DNA of 64,000 bases from Malacoraja senta. Lineage: Eukaryota. A model generated the notes under the pieces. That model did not search any database. It was not told where the DNA came from and saw only the letters and a list, made by a program, of their open reading frames with translations. This document shows, piece after piece, positions 37,571 to 50,389 of this stretch (the stretch's first letter is position 1; the number at the start of each line of letters is the position of its first letter). Location of the stretch: contig CM075994.1 of assembly GCA_038087875.1 (NCBI GenBank), positions 8,682,001-8,746,000 on the forward strand, read 5' to 3'. The translations under genes were made by a program, and so were the position numbers.

Positions 37571-40281
37571 GTTTCTCCCCGTGGGTTTTCTCCCTTCGGT
37601 TTCCTCCCATTCTCCAAAGACGTACAGGTTCGTCGGTTAATTGGCTTGGTGCAAGTGTCAATTGTCCCTCGTATGTGCAGGGCAATGTTATATTGTAACC
37701 CCTGACACCCGTACTAATCAAGATTCTATCTATCTCTGCCTTAAAAATATCCACTGACTTGGCCTCTGCAGCCTTCTGTGGCAAAGAATTCCACAGATTC
37801 ACCACCCTCTGCCAAATGCTTCCTTTGAAAAAATAGGACTGAATTTGTTTGTCAGTCTTACGCATGGCACTGTATCAGAAGGGACAGAGCTGTCTCTACT
37901 TTCTAAGGAGGCTCAGAACTTTCAAAGTTTAGTTTAGAGATACAGCGCGGAAACAGGCCCCTTCGGCACACCGAGTCCGCGCCGACCAGCGATCCCCGCA
38001 CACTAATACTATCCTACACCCACTCTGGACAATTTTTACATTTACCAAGCCAATCAACCTACAAACCTGTACGTCCTTGGAGTGTGGGAGGAAACCGAAG
38101 ACCTCGCAGAAAACGCACACAGATCACGGGGAGAACGTGCAAGCTCCGTACAGGCAGCACCCGCAGAACCTGGGTCTCCGGCGCTGCATTCGCTGTAAGG
38201 CAGCAACTCTACCACTGCGCCACCGTGACCGCCCGGTGATGCGCAGGGATCGCTGGTCGGTGCAAACTTGGTGGGCCGAAGTGAATGGTGAATTGGGCGC
38301 GATGCCTGAAGAGCCACCTGGTGGACAACCAATATTGTGCACACCGCTCAACCATGCCAAAGAATTCTCAAAGGGTACTTGGCAGAAGCGGAAGTGGTCC
38401 GTGAAGTTTGGTGCCAGAATCATTTGTGCCCATGATGGAAATTGAAATTACAAATACCAGGTAAAAGGCCAGTGGACCGTCACAAAGTTTTTCCTCCTGC
38501 TTTCAGAGGCCTGAACGTACTCCAGTAGCTGCACTGAAGACAATAGACAATAGGAGCAGGAGTAGGCCATTCGGCCCTTTGAGCCAGCACCGCCATTCAA
38601 TGTGATCATGGCTGATCATCCCCAATCAGTACCCCCCCGTCCCTGCCTTCTCCCCATATCCCCTGACTGCTATTTTTTAAGAGCCCTATCTAGCTCTCCC
38701 TTGAAAGCATCCAGAGAACCGGCCTCCACTGCCCTCCGAGGCAGAGAATTCCACAGACTCACAACTCTCTGTGAGAAAAAGTGTTTCCTCGTCTCCGTTC
38801 TAAATGGCTTGCCCCTTATTCTTAAACTGGGTGTGGCCCCTGGTTCTAGACTCCCCCAACATCGGGAACATGTTTCCTGCCTCTAGCCTGTCCAAACCCT
38901 TAATAATCTTGTATGTTTCAATAAGATCCCCTCTCATCCTTCTAAACTCCAGAGTATACAAGCCCATCTGCTCCATTCTCTCAGCATATGACAGTCCCGC
39001 CATCCCGGGAATTAACCTTGTAAACCTACGCTGCACTCCCTCAATAGGAAGAATGTCCTTCCTCAAATTAGGGGACCAAAACTGCACACAGTTCCTATGC
39101 AGGAATTTTGTGCACTGCCCTTGAGGATCGGCAGAAGGTCACTGGATGTTCGTTGGCAGATGATCTCCCCCTCGCCACCTTGTGATCGCAGATGCACCCC
39201 TTGCCAGCTTTCCTCTCTAAACCGGCGAGCTTGTGGGTCAGCTGCGATATCTTCTCTTGCCACCCCAGTTGGCACAAGACCAGATAACAATCCGCTTGTA
39301 GCGGCACCAAACGTGGTGGACGAACAGTTACTTTATTCAGACATAACATGGTTGTTTGGTCATGGTCCACTATCATATTCTTTGGTGCTGTCTCGAGCTC
39401 AGCTACCTGTCGACTCGTCATCTCAAGGTAAGATCTGCTTAAGTACTAGGACACCCCCCCCCCCCCCCCGTTAACCCATGACGTCGCGTGACAGTCCTCG
39501 TAACCACTGACGAGGGTTCGACTGTAAGTGGTCTGACCATCAGGTGATGCCACACGTTCTTCATTGATGTGCAGGAAGGAACTGCAGATGCTGATTTACA
39601 CAGACACAAAACGCTGGAGTAACTCAGCAGGACAGGCAGCGTTTCTGGGGAGAAGGAATGGGCGATGCTTCGGGCCCAGACCCTTCTTCAGACTGAGAGT
39701 CAGGGGAGAGGAGAAACTAGAGATATGGAAGAGCAAGGTGCAGAAATGACAGATCAAAGCAGAGGATGGTCACGGAAATATAGAACGGTTCCTTGTTGGC
39801 CGAGGGGAATCTGCCTATCAACTTTTGTCTGAAGAAGGGGTCTCGACCCGAAACGTCACCTATTCCTTCGCTCCATAGATGCTGCCTCACCCGCTGAGTT
39901 CCTCCAGCATTTTTGTCTACCATGGAAACTACTCTGAAATAGAACAGGGTTGATGAAGTAGTTACATGTATTAAACGAGGCATTGAACATTTTTTTTTAG
40001 TTTGCTCCAAGGGGGCGAAAAACGCAGGCGACTGTTTGTGAGCTACCCACAGAAACAGATCCACAAACATATGATAATCGCTCCACGCTCTTAAATCTCT
40101 ACTCTTACAGCGGCATTTCTTACTTTATCTCTGATGTACTGTAAATGTACGGTAAATACACTGTACGGCCCGATTGCAATCACGTGTGTCTTTCTGTCGA
40201 CTGGATAGCGCGCGACAAATGCTTTTCACTGGACCTCGATACACGTGACAATAAACTAAACTGAACTGAGAGTGCACGTAC

Positions 40282-40368
40282 ATCATTGCTGGCAGCATTC
40301 TGCAGGGTATTGGGTGATGAACTTGCGGACCTGGGCAAGGTATTCACAGCCAGACTGAAATCAGAGTC
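40282..40368 (-). CDS. PRRC2A: PRRC2-family exon: DSDFSLAVNTLPRSASSSPNTLQNAASND
   Basis: ttttcctttcag/gtacgt, 87 bp, phase 0->0; DSDFSL start as in PRRC2B. Too short for the ORF track; found by manual translation. Confidence 0.88.
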
Positions 40369-43300
40369 CTGAAAGGAAAAGGCACAGAAGAAAAAGAAAA
40401 AAATCAGCTGACTTATTAATTATTAGAAGTAACGACTGTCACTTTCACATTAATCCAACAAAAGGCAATCGCTCGTTGCAGACTATTAACCGCCTGCAGT
40501 CTCTGCACAACTGAACCATGTCTCAGACGACGGCATTACACGTGCCCCTCATTATTTCGCGAATGACAAGAATGCCAACATCTTTCCTCGTGACCGAGAT
40601 AATCTGGATTAACATGTCAAACCAAAGACCTTTCATCGGAAACTTCCATGCAAATATAATCGAAGGTCATCCAACCAAAAGGTTAGCAGTTTCACCCTTC
40701 GAAGGCATTAGTGCTGCTGCAGAGTATGTCAATTCAAGAGAGTTTATTGTCATGTGTCCCACATAGGACAATGAAATTCTTGCTTGCTGCAGCACAGCAG
40801 AATTGAATAAGAAACAGAATACTGTTGTCAGAATCCACAGTATTCATAACAAGAGGAGCTGAGTACAGGAGCAAAGAGGTCCTACTGCAGTTGTACGGGG
40901 CCCCAGTGAGACCACACCTGGATTATTGTGTGCAGTTTTGGTCTCCAAATCTGAGGAAGGACATTCTTGCTAATGAGGGAGTGCAGCGTAGGCTCACCAG
41001 GTGAATTCCCGGGATGTCGGGACCGCCAAATGCTGAGAGAATGGAGCGACTGGCTTTGTGTACTCTGGTATTTAGAAGGATGAGAGGGTATCTTATCGAA
41101 GCACATAAGATTATTAAGGGATTGGACACGCCAGAGGCAGGAAACAGGTTCCCGATGTTGGGGGAGTCCAGAACCTGGGGCTAGTTTAAGAATAAGGGGT
41201 AAGCCATTGAGAACGGAGATGAGGAATAACCTTTTCACCCAGAGAGTTGTGAATCTGTGGAATTTTCTGCCTCAGAGGGCATTGGAGGCCAATTCTCTGG
41301 ATGCTTTCAAGAGCGAGTTAGATAGAGCTCTTAAAAATAGCGGTAAGGGATATGGGGAGAAGGCAGGAACGGGGTACTGATTGGGGACGATCAGCCATGA
41401 TCACAATGAATGGTGGTGCTGGCTCGAAGGGCCAAATGGCCTCCTCCTGCACCTATTTTCCATGTTTCTATGTTTCTACCTTCAACGTCTGTAGTAGGAT
41501 GCAGCAGATTTAGCTCTTCGGGCTAAGGGAATCAAGGGATATGGGGGAAAAGCAGGAACGGGGTACTGATTTTAGATGATCAGCCATGATCATATTGAAT
41601 GGCGGCGATGGCTCGAAGGGCCTAACGGCCCATTCCTGCACCTATTTTTTTTCTATGTTAGTTAGTGCCAGTGCCATCTTCTTCGCTACCGTGTGCTGGG
41701 GCAGCAGGGCGAAGGCCGCAGACGCCAATGGGATTCACAAGGAAGGCTGGCTCGGTCCTGGGGGCGGAGTTGGGAGTTGGATTCACGTGAGGTGGTCTCA
41801 GAGGAGAGGATGCTCCTCAAACCGTGGAGCATCTTGGACAATACAGCTCACCCCCTCCATGACACACTGGTCAACCTGAGGAGCACCTTCAGCAACAGAC
41901 TGGTTCCACCAAGATGCTGTACAGAATGCCACAGGAGATCCTTCTTCCCTGTGGCTATCAAACTGTACAACTCCTCTCCCTTCTGTCGTGGGGTAGACTG
42001 AGACTGACTCCCCGTGCCCCCCCCCCCCCAAAATCTTTACACATCACCAATTCTTTCCACTCGTCACTTTAATTTCATATTTCATGTATCTTGTGTGTTA
42101 TGACTTGGCAGATCCCAATTTTTAACCTGGGATAAATAAAGTTCTTTCGTATCGTATCATAATCTGAGTTAGCGCAGGAAGGAACTGCGGATGATGGTTT
42201 AAACCAAAGATAAGGCGCATAAAAGCTGGAGCAACTCAGCAGGTCAGACTGCATCTCTCGAGAAAAGGAATAGGTGACGTTTCGGGTGGGGACTCTTCTT
42301 CAGAGTCTGAGTTAGCATCTGCTCTGGCATTCCCCGATCTGGAGAATAAAGTTGTCTTATAGACAATAGATAATAGGTGCAGACCATTCGGCCCTTCGAG
42401 CCAGCACCGCCATTCAATGTGATCATGGCTGATCATCCACAATCAGTACCGCGTTCCGGCCTTCTCCCCATATCCCCTGACTCTGCTATCTTTAAGAGCC
42501 CTATCTAGCTCTCACTTGACAGTATCTGGAGAACCGGCCTCCACCGCCCTCTGAGGCAGAGAATTCCAGACTCACAACTCTGTGTGAAAAAGTGTTTCCT
42601 CGTCTCCATTCCAAATGGCTTACCCCTTATTCTTAAACTGTGGGCCCTGGTTCTGGATTCCCCCAACATCGGGAACATGTTTTCTGCCTCTAGCGTGTCC
42701 AAACCCTTAATAATCTTATATGTTTCAATAAGATCCCCTCTCATCCTTCTAAACTCCAGAGTATACAAGCCCAGCCGCTCCATTCTCTCAGCATAGGACA
42801 GTCCCGCCATCCCGGGAATTAACCTTGTAAACCTACGCTGCACTCCCTCAATAGCAAGAATGTCCTTCCTCAAATTAGGGGACCAAAACTGCACACAATA
42901 CTCCAGGTGTGGTCTCACTAGGGCCCTGTACAACTGCAGAAGGACCTCTTTGCTCCTATACTCAACACCTCTTGCTATGAAGGCCAACAGGCCCAAACTG
43001 CACACAATACTCCAGGTGTGGTCTCACTAGGGCCCTGTACAACTGCAGAAGGACCTCTTTGCTCTTTCAGCAAACACACTGCAATTAGGTAGATGGAAGC
43101 AAACTGACAGGACAGAATCGGATTGAATGGTTGAACAGAACTGAGGGGGTGAATGGCTTTAAACCCACTTCAAAGTTGGCACGCTTTACTGGTCACTAGC
43201 ATGTTACTTCATGTAGATGTACTGCAGAGAAGGAGACCAACGGGACTGTGTCGACATCGGCCAGAATTAGACCTGGGGTTGATCCCATTCCGTGTTTCCA

Positions 43301-43653
43301 CTTTGAAGGAAATTACTGAAAACTCAGGAAATTCTGGTAGTCTTCGGGTCATTTTAGGGAAATTAAATAATTTCGGGAAATTAAATAATTTCGGGAAATT
43401 TCTGCATCCCACGAAGGGATCCAATCCGCGGGATGGTTTGAGGGAAAAAAAAACGAAACGACCAACGAACATATAACGGTTGGGGGTGGCCCGTCAGCCG
43501 CGTCGTAATTGAAAATGGCGCCGGTGACACGGTAGGGACGCAAAACGACGCCGTCTCCCCATGCCAGCGCGTGCGTTGTACCGCACTACCCGTGCGTGCA
43601 CAGTTGGGGCGACAGTCGCACATGCGCAGTTGGGGAATGTCAGGAAATACCAT

Positions 43654-45222
43654 TTTATTTAAATGGAAAGATTCCAATCCTCCGACCACACTCCATTGGT
43701 ACTCTGAAACGATATCATGTTTAAATTTAGAAAAATTAGGAGTGACATTGTTGAACCCTTGGTTAAATTTGATAGGACTTGGGGAAGCTTTATTCAATAT
43801 TTTCACACGATATAAATTGTTCCCTCTCCAACTGTTATAAAATTATTTCACCTTTATATAGGTATGTTACAAAACTTACCTTCAGTCGCACTGTAATTCT
43901 GCCACTGGCCGTGTGCGCGATTTTGGCGCCTTTAAGGGGGGGCGGGGTTAAAACGCGGGTTTCTCCTCCCTTGTCCTGGTTAATATTTTGTTGGAGTACA
44001 AGCCTTGGCTGACAAATCGTTCCTAGTGGCGATTTGTGTATTTTTTATTTTTATTAAATCGTCAATGTCAGCGCTAGAGTAATTTTAAAATCAGCTCCTG
44101 AAGCGTCAACGCCGATAACGGGGACGGATTTCACACACGGGACAGGTAAACGAAAGTGGTTTCTTTAAATGTATAAAAGTGCTTCTTAAGAAGCCTTTAA
44201 TTCACATTTTTTCATGCGACACGGTGATTTTATTCCCCGAATTAACGGCAGTATTTTTCATGCCAATACGGGGTTAAATTCACCGCAAATGAACGTTCCA
44301 AAAGATCGCGTTCCAGAAATCCTCACTCACAAGATGAATTAAATGCCCATTAATTTACAAGTATTAAACATTCAATTCCTTCCATTTGGCCTGTAAATTC
44401 ATGAAAATTAGATTTAAAAATTATGTTATATTGTGAATTATTGTGTGAATGTTATTTGGACACTTAGGCTATTTAAAAATGTTAATCTATTCTTAAGAAA
44501 TTGATAGATGTTTAGATCTAGTAATTGAATTTTGTAATTAGCTACAATTAGGTAACTAACGAATTATATGCTTTACTTTCATGTCTTCGAAGTAAGATTG
44601 TTTCATATTTGTTTCAGAATGCTTCAATCTATAATAACTGAAAATTTCTTTCAGTTATCATAATTTTTAAGAAAGTTATGGGCTTTTAACTGTCCTCGAT
44701 CACAGCTTTTGTGTTAAGTCAATGGAAAAGCAATAGGGAACTAGATGCTAATTTCTGAGTATGATAATGGCCATAACTTCTTTAATACTGAAGATATGAA
44801 AGTGAATTAAGTGTCAAATTAAACTTCTTTTTATGCTTTATCTGATGGGATAAATTGCAGACTTTATTTTTAAAATCTCAAAATCTTGTAACATTGCTAC
44901 TTTATACGGTGGAATGGACTTGACGACAAACAGGGACTTAAATTGTTGAAATTTTTTGCAGCCCAGATTCTGTTTAGCTTTTTTTCTAGTTTAGTTTATT
45001 TTTTATTTTTTTGTTTTTATATATACAAGTTCTCTTTTAAACACTTACCTATATTTACATAGATACCGGGAGGTCTATACTCAATGTGTATTTTGACACT
45101 GGACTCATATTTAGGTTATACTTGTTATTAATGTAATCCTGATCCCTATGTATCAATATCACTGTTATGTTTATCATTATTGTTTTTGAAAAAAAATAAT
45201 AAAAAGATTTTAAAAGAAAGAA
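43654..45222 (+). mobile_element. L1-clade 3' fragment (same family as 10418-13545) with 12-bp TSD
   Basis: ILFKWKDSNPPTT.HWYSETISCLNLEK; tail AATAAAAAGATTTTAAAAGAAAGAAA; TSD AGGAAATACCAT at 43642 and 45223. Confidence 0.9.
43859..44899. mobile_element. 1041-bp non-autonomous TIR DNA transposon with 7-bp TSD (copy 2)
   Basis: Same termini as copy 1; TSD CTTTATA at 43852-43858 and 44900-44906. Confidence 0.9.
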
Positions 45223-45589
45223 AGGAAATACCATCAAATTCCAGGAAATTTGGGATTGTATTGAAAGACATTTTTGTTTGAGATGTCGAAGCACTGATCC
45301 AAATTGCCAGCGTTGATCTGTGGCTTTGCAGACAGTGGCTCTCATGGGATGTGTCACTCCAGTAGAGCCTAGAAATTTAGTTCAGACCGAAAGGTCTGAA
45401 TGACAATAAAGGAATCTAAGTAAGTCTAAGATGTGCTGCCGTTTCGAGGTTGATCGCTTTCTCAAGCAGCGAGTACCAAATACTCTCCATTCGTTTCAAT
45501 TCCCTTCTGACACTCGCACCCATTGACTGGAATCTAGATTCCTAGTTACTGACCCTCTTGCAGAAAAACAGGTCTCTTGTTTATCTTGA

Positions 45590-46722
45590 AGATAGATGCA
45601 AAATGCTGGAGTAACTGAACGGGTCAGGCAGCATCTCTGACAGAAGGAATGGGCGACGTTTCGGGTCGAGACCCTTCTTCAGACTGAAGGGTCTTCTATC
45701 CGAGATTCTGGCCTGTCCCGCTGAGCTATTCTAGCATTTTCGTGTCTATCTTCAGTGTAAACCAGCATCTGCAGTTCCTTGTGAAGGAAAGAATCGCAGA
45801 TAGTCACAAAATACTGGAGTAACTCAGCGGGTCCGGCAGCATTTCTGGAGAGAAGGATTGGTTGACGTTTCGGTCGAGACCCTTCTACGGATTCTTCTTA
45901 CCTACACAAAGAATTGCAGGTGCTGGTTTAAATTGAAGATAGACACAAAATGCTGGAGTAACTCAGCGGGACAGGCAGCATCTCTGGAGAGAAGGAATGA
46001 ATGGGTGACGTTACGGGTCGAGACTTTCTTCACAACTGAAGGGTCTTCTATCCGTAGATGCTGCCTGTCCCTGAGCTATGCCAGCATTTTTGTGTCTATC
46101 TTCGGTGTAAACCAGCATCTGCAGTTCGTTATGTAGGAAAGAATTGCAGATAATCACAAAATGCTGGAGTTAACTCAGACAACTGTAAAGTGGGCAGGAA
46201 GGGGAAAAGGTAGCAGGAGGGAGGGAGGAAGCAGCAAACAGACAGGTACACAAGGTGAAAAGCCTGTGAGATGGAGAGCAGATGAAGGTGGCAATGTACA
46301 AGCATTGAGAGGAGGAGGAGCCAAGTGCTGGAGTAATTCAGCGGGTCAGGCAGCATCTCTGGTGAACATGGATAGGTGAAGTTTTGGTCAGGACCCTTCT
46401 TCAAACTGAAGGGCACCGACCCAATCCATGTCACCTATCCATGTACTCCAGAGGTTTGTAGGAAGGAACTGCAGATGCTGGTTTAAACCGTAAAAAAGAC
46501 ACAAAATGCTGGAGTAACTCAGCGGACAGGCAGCATCTCTGGAGAGAAGGAATGGGTGGACGTTTTGGGTCGAGGCCCATCTTCAGACTCAGAGTCTCAT
46601 CTTGTGCCTATCTTCAGTCAAGACAAATCCAAACTGAAGAAGGGTCTTGACCCGAAACGTCACCCATTCCTTCCCTCCAGAGATGCTGCGCCACCCCTGA
46701 GTTACTCCAGCATTTTGTGTCT
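45590..46722. repeat. Cluster of short Penelope-derived units in alternating orientation
   Basis: Repeated AAAATGCTGGAGTAACTCAGCGGG.CAGGCAGCATCTCTGG...CCCTTCTTCAGAC units and their reverse complements. Confidence 0.8.
45655..45682 (-). ncRNA. Minimal type-I hammerhead ribozyme-like core in a Penelope-derived repeat (representative copy)
   Basis: Minus strand reads CUGAAGA-A-GGGU(CUCG)ACCC-GAAAC-GUC; other intact cores at 9440-9467(-), 39829-39857(+), 46634-46661(+). Confidence 0.6.
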
Positions 46723-46842
46723 TATCTCTCCTTCCTGCGTCCTTGTTTATCTTGTTGCTGAGGTTATTCCGCCCACCGCCGACATTAAGCTGACCCGGCA
46801 AAGGCAATCGGCACCACGCGGCCACTGCCCACGGCGACTCAC

Positions 46843-47068
46843 CTTTGCGCTCTGCTCCGAACTGGATGGGCGGCACGGCAACCTCTGTCTCCAGAAGCAG
46901 GTCGGGTCGGGCTTGGACTTTGGCCGGCTGCTCACGGAGAAGCCAACGGCCTTGGCGCCCCGGTCGGGACTCCCCTTGTGCTGCCCTCCACGTGCCGCCT
47001 TGTTCTTCAGTGAACGCTCATTGCCGATCGGCCCGGGCTTGTGCTCCTTTCCACTTCGCTGCCAGCTC
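46843..47068 (-). CDS. PRRC2A: PRRC2-family exon with frame disruptions: ...SGKEHKPGPIGNERSLKNK...[shift]VPPIQFG[shift]SAK
   Basis: ttcag acceptor (47068; in-frame alternative 47058), AAG/gtgagt donor; KEHKPGPIGNERSLKN and PPIQFG are PRRC2 motifs but lie in different frames. Confidence 0.85.
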
Positions 47069-50000
47069 CTGAAACTTGACCAAATGCAGACTTTCAGTGG
47101 ACGGCGTATTAATCCCAGCATTGCTGCATTTTGAACAAGAACACACTTCAAAGTATATTCAATCAGTAATATCTACCTCGCAAGGGGGGGGGGGGGAGAA
47201 GAACACAGAAAACGGAAGCACCCATCTGCGGGCTGCAAGGAGACCGATAGAATTATGAGAGACATGGAGACGATAGACAGTCAGAAACTTTTCCCAGGAT
47301 GCAGAAATCAGATACTAAAGGGCACAGCTTTAGCGTGAGAGGGGAAAGGTTAAAGGTTTAAAAAAAATTTTTTTTAAGACAATAGGTGCAGGAGGAGGCC
47401 ATTCGGCCTTCGATCCAGCACCGCCATTCACTGTGATCATGGCTGATCATCCACATCAGTACCCCGTTCTGCCTTCTACTCATATCCCCTGACTCGGTAA
47501 TCTTTAAGAGCTCGATCTAACTCTCTCTTCAAAGTATCCAGAGAACCGGCCTCCACCGCCCTCCGAGCCAGGGAATTCCACAGACTCACAACTCTGTGTG
47601 AAAAAGTGTTTCCTCGTCTCCATTCTAAATGGTCTACCCTTATTCTTAAACAGTGTGGCCCCTGTTTCTGGACTCCCCCAACATCGGGAACATGTTTCCT
47701 GCCTCTAGCGAGTCCAAACCCTTAACAATCTTATATGTTTCAATAAGATCGCCTCTCATCCTTCTAAACTCCAGAGTGTACAAGCCCAGCTGCTCCATTC
47801 TCTCAGCATATGACAGTCCCGCCATCCCGGGAATTAACCTTGTAAACCTACGCTGCACTCCCTCAATAGCAAGTCCTTCCTCAAATTAGGGGACCAAAAC
47901 TGCACACAATACTCCAGGTGTGGTCTCACGAGGGTCCTGTACAACTGCAGAAAGACCTCTTTGCTCCTATACTCGATGCCTCTTGTTATAAAGGCCAACA
48001 TGCCATTCGCTTTCTTCACTGCCTGCTGTACCTGCATGCATATGTTCATAGACTGATGAACAAGGACCCCCAGATCCCGTTGTACTTCCCCTTTTCCCAC
48101 AACAAAAGTGTGGCCCCTGGTTCTGGACTCCCCCAACATCGGGAACATGTTTCCTGCCTCTAGCGTGTCCAAACCGTTAATAATCTCAATAAGATCCCCT
48201 CTCATCCATATCCTACGGGTAATTTTGTTTTTAAAAAAGGTTGGCAAGAGCCTGTAAACATAGAAAATAGGTGCAGGAGTAGGCCATTCGGCCCTTCGAG
48301 CCTGCACAGCCATTCAATATGATCATGGCTGATCCAACTCAGTTGGATGATCAGTATCCTGTACCTGCCTTCTCTCCATACCCCCTGATCCCTTTAGCCA
48401 CAAGGGCCACATCTAACTCCCTCTTAAATATAGCCAATGAACTGGCCTCAACTACCTTCTGTGGCAGAGAATTCCAGAGATTCACCACTCTCTGTGTGAT
48501 TTACTCATCTCGGTCCTAAAAGACTTCCCCCTTATCCTTAAACTGTGACCCCTTGTTCTGGACTTCCCCAACATCGGGAACAATCTTCCTGCATCTATCC
48601 TGTCCAACCCCTTAAGACTTTTGTAAGTTTCTATAAGATCCCCCCTCAATCTTCTAAATTCTAGCAAGTACAGGACGTTCATATGAATGTCCTGCCATCC
48701 ATGCATTTGCCCACTCACCCAACCTATCTAAGTCACCTGCAATAGTGTCAGGAAGAGATAAGATTTAAGATGACATTTAATAGGCACCTGGATAGGCACA
48801 TGGAGGGTTAAGGACTGTGAGCAGGTAGATAAGTCGTGGGGAGCAGGAGTTGTATGGAACACCTCATCTTGGGCACAGATGGAGGAATTGGGAGTGGAGG
48901 TCGAGACTTCACAGGAGGCAGGGTGGGAAGAAGTGTAGCCTAGAGAGCCGTGGTAGTGAGTGGTTGATAATAGAGGTCAGTTGATCTGCTGTGATGGTCT
49001 TGGTATCATATATGGCACAGACATTGTGCGCCGAAGGGCCTGTTTTTTTAAACTGCTGTTCTGTACAGTTCAGATAGCATCTGTGGGCAGGGAAACAGTT
49101 AACGCATCAGGAAGGAAAAAAAAATCACACTTCCTTCCCCACAGATGCCGCCTGACCTGCCGAATGTTTCTCTTTAGTTCAGATTTTCAGCATCTCAATT
49201 TGTTTTAGATGTTTGAGCGGCAGTGGGGTGGTCTGTTGCCACAGGGAAGCATCGAGGGAATGACTAAGCACCTTCAAGAGAGGAAGGGAAAACAAATTGT
49301 TCAATTGGATTCATCTCAGTTTCCATTAACAATGAGGAAATGCATTGACTAACTAACCCTGGGTGTTCATGAGCTGAACTAATGCACCATGACTCCACAG
49401 ATTTTTTTTTTTTTATATAGCTAGTTTTGGGCACACAGTCACATTTTGACCGTCAGCTACCCTTATAAGCTTGGCTGGTGGTAGCCTCAGTTCGCCCCCG
49501 TCATCGGTGGAGTTTAATGCAGTCCAACTGCAGGGAACGGAGCAACAATAACGCACCAACACGGTGGCGCAGCAGTAGAGTTGCTGCCTTACAGTGCCAG
49601 AGACCCGGGTTCGATCCCAACTACGGGCGGTAAGATTGTTAAGGGTTTGGACACGCTAGAGGCAAGAAACATGTTCCCGATGTTGGGGGAGTCCAGAACC
49701 AGGGGCCACAGTTTAAGAATAAGGAGTAAGCCATTTAGAACGGAGACTAGGAAACACTTTTTCTCACAGAGAGTGGTGAGTCTGTGGAATTCTCTGCCTC
49801 AGAAGGCGGTGGAGGCCGGTTCTCTGGATGCTTTCAAGAGAGAGCTAGATAGGGCTCTTAAAGATAGCGGAGTCAGGGGATATGGGGAGAAGGCAGGAAC
49901 GGGGTACTGATTGGGGATGATCAGCCACGGTCACATTGAATGGCAGTGCTGGCTCGAAGGGCCAAACGGCCTACTCCTGCACCTATTGTCTGTAAGGAGT

Positions 50001-50389
50001 CTGTACGTTCTCCCCGTGACCAAATGGGTGCTCTGGTTTCCTTCCACACTCCAAAGACGCACAAGTTTGTAGGTTAATTGGCTTCGGTAATAATTGCAAA
50101 TTGTCCCTAGTATGTAGTACAGTGCTGGAGTAACAGGGATTGCTGGTCGGCGTGGACTCGGTGGGCCAATGGGCCCGTCTCCACGCTGCATCTCTAAACC
50201 AAGCATAAACTAAAATCAATTTGAAAGCCTCAATAACAGAAAGAGACAATTTCAGTCCATCTGTTTGAGAAAGAACTGCAGATGCTGGAAAAATTAAAGT
50301 TAGATAAAAAAGCTGGAGAAACTCAGCAGGTGAGGCAGCCTCTATGGAGCGAAGGAATAGGCGATGTTTCCGGTCGAGATGTCTCCGGT

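Noticed and set aside
42880..43065. About 70-bp direct duplication
   Set aside because: Internal duplication at the truncated 5' end of a CR1 copy; commonplace.
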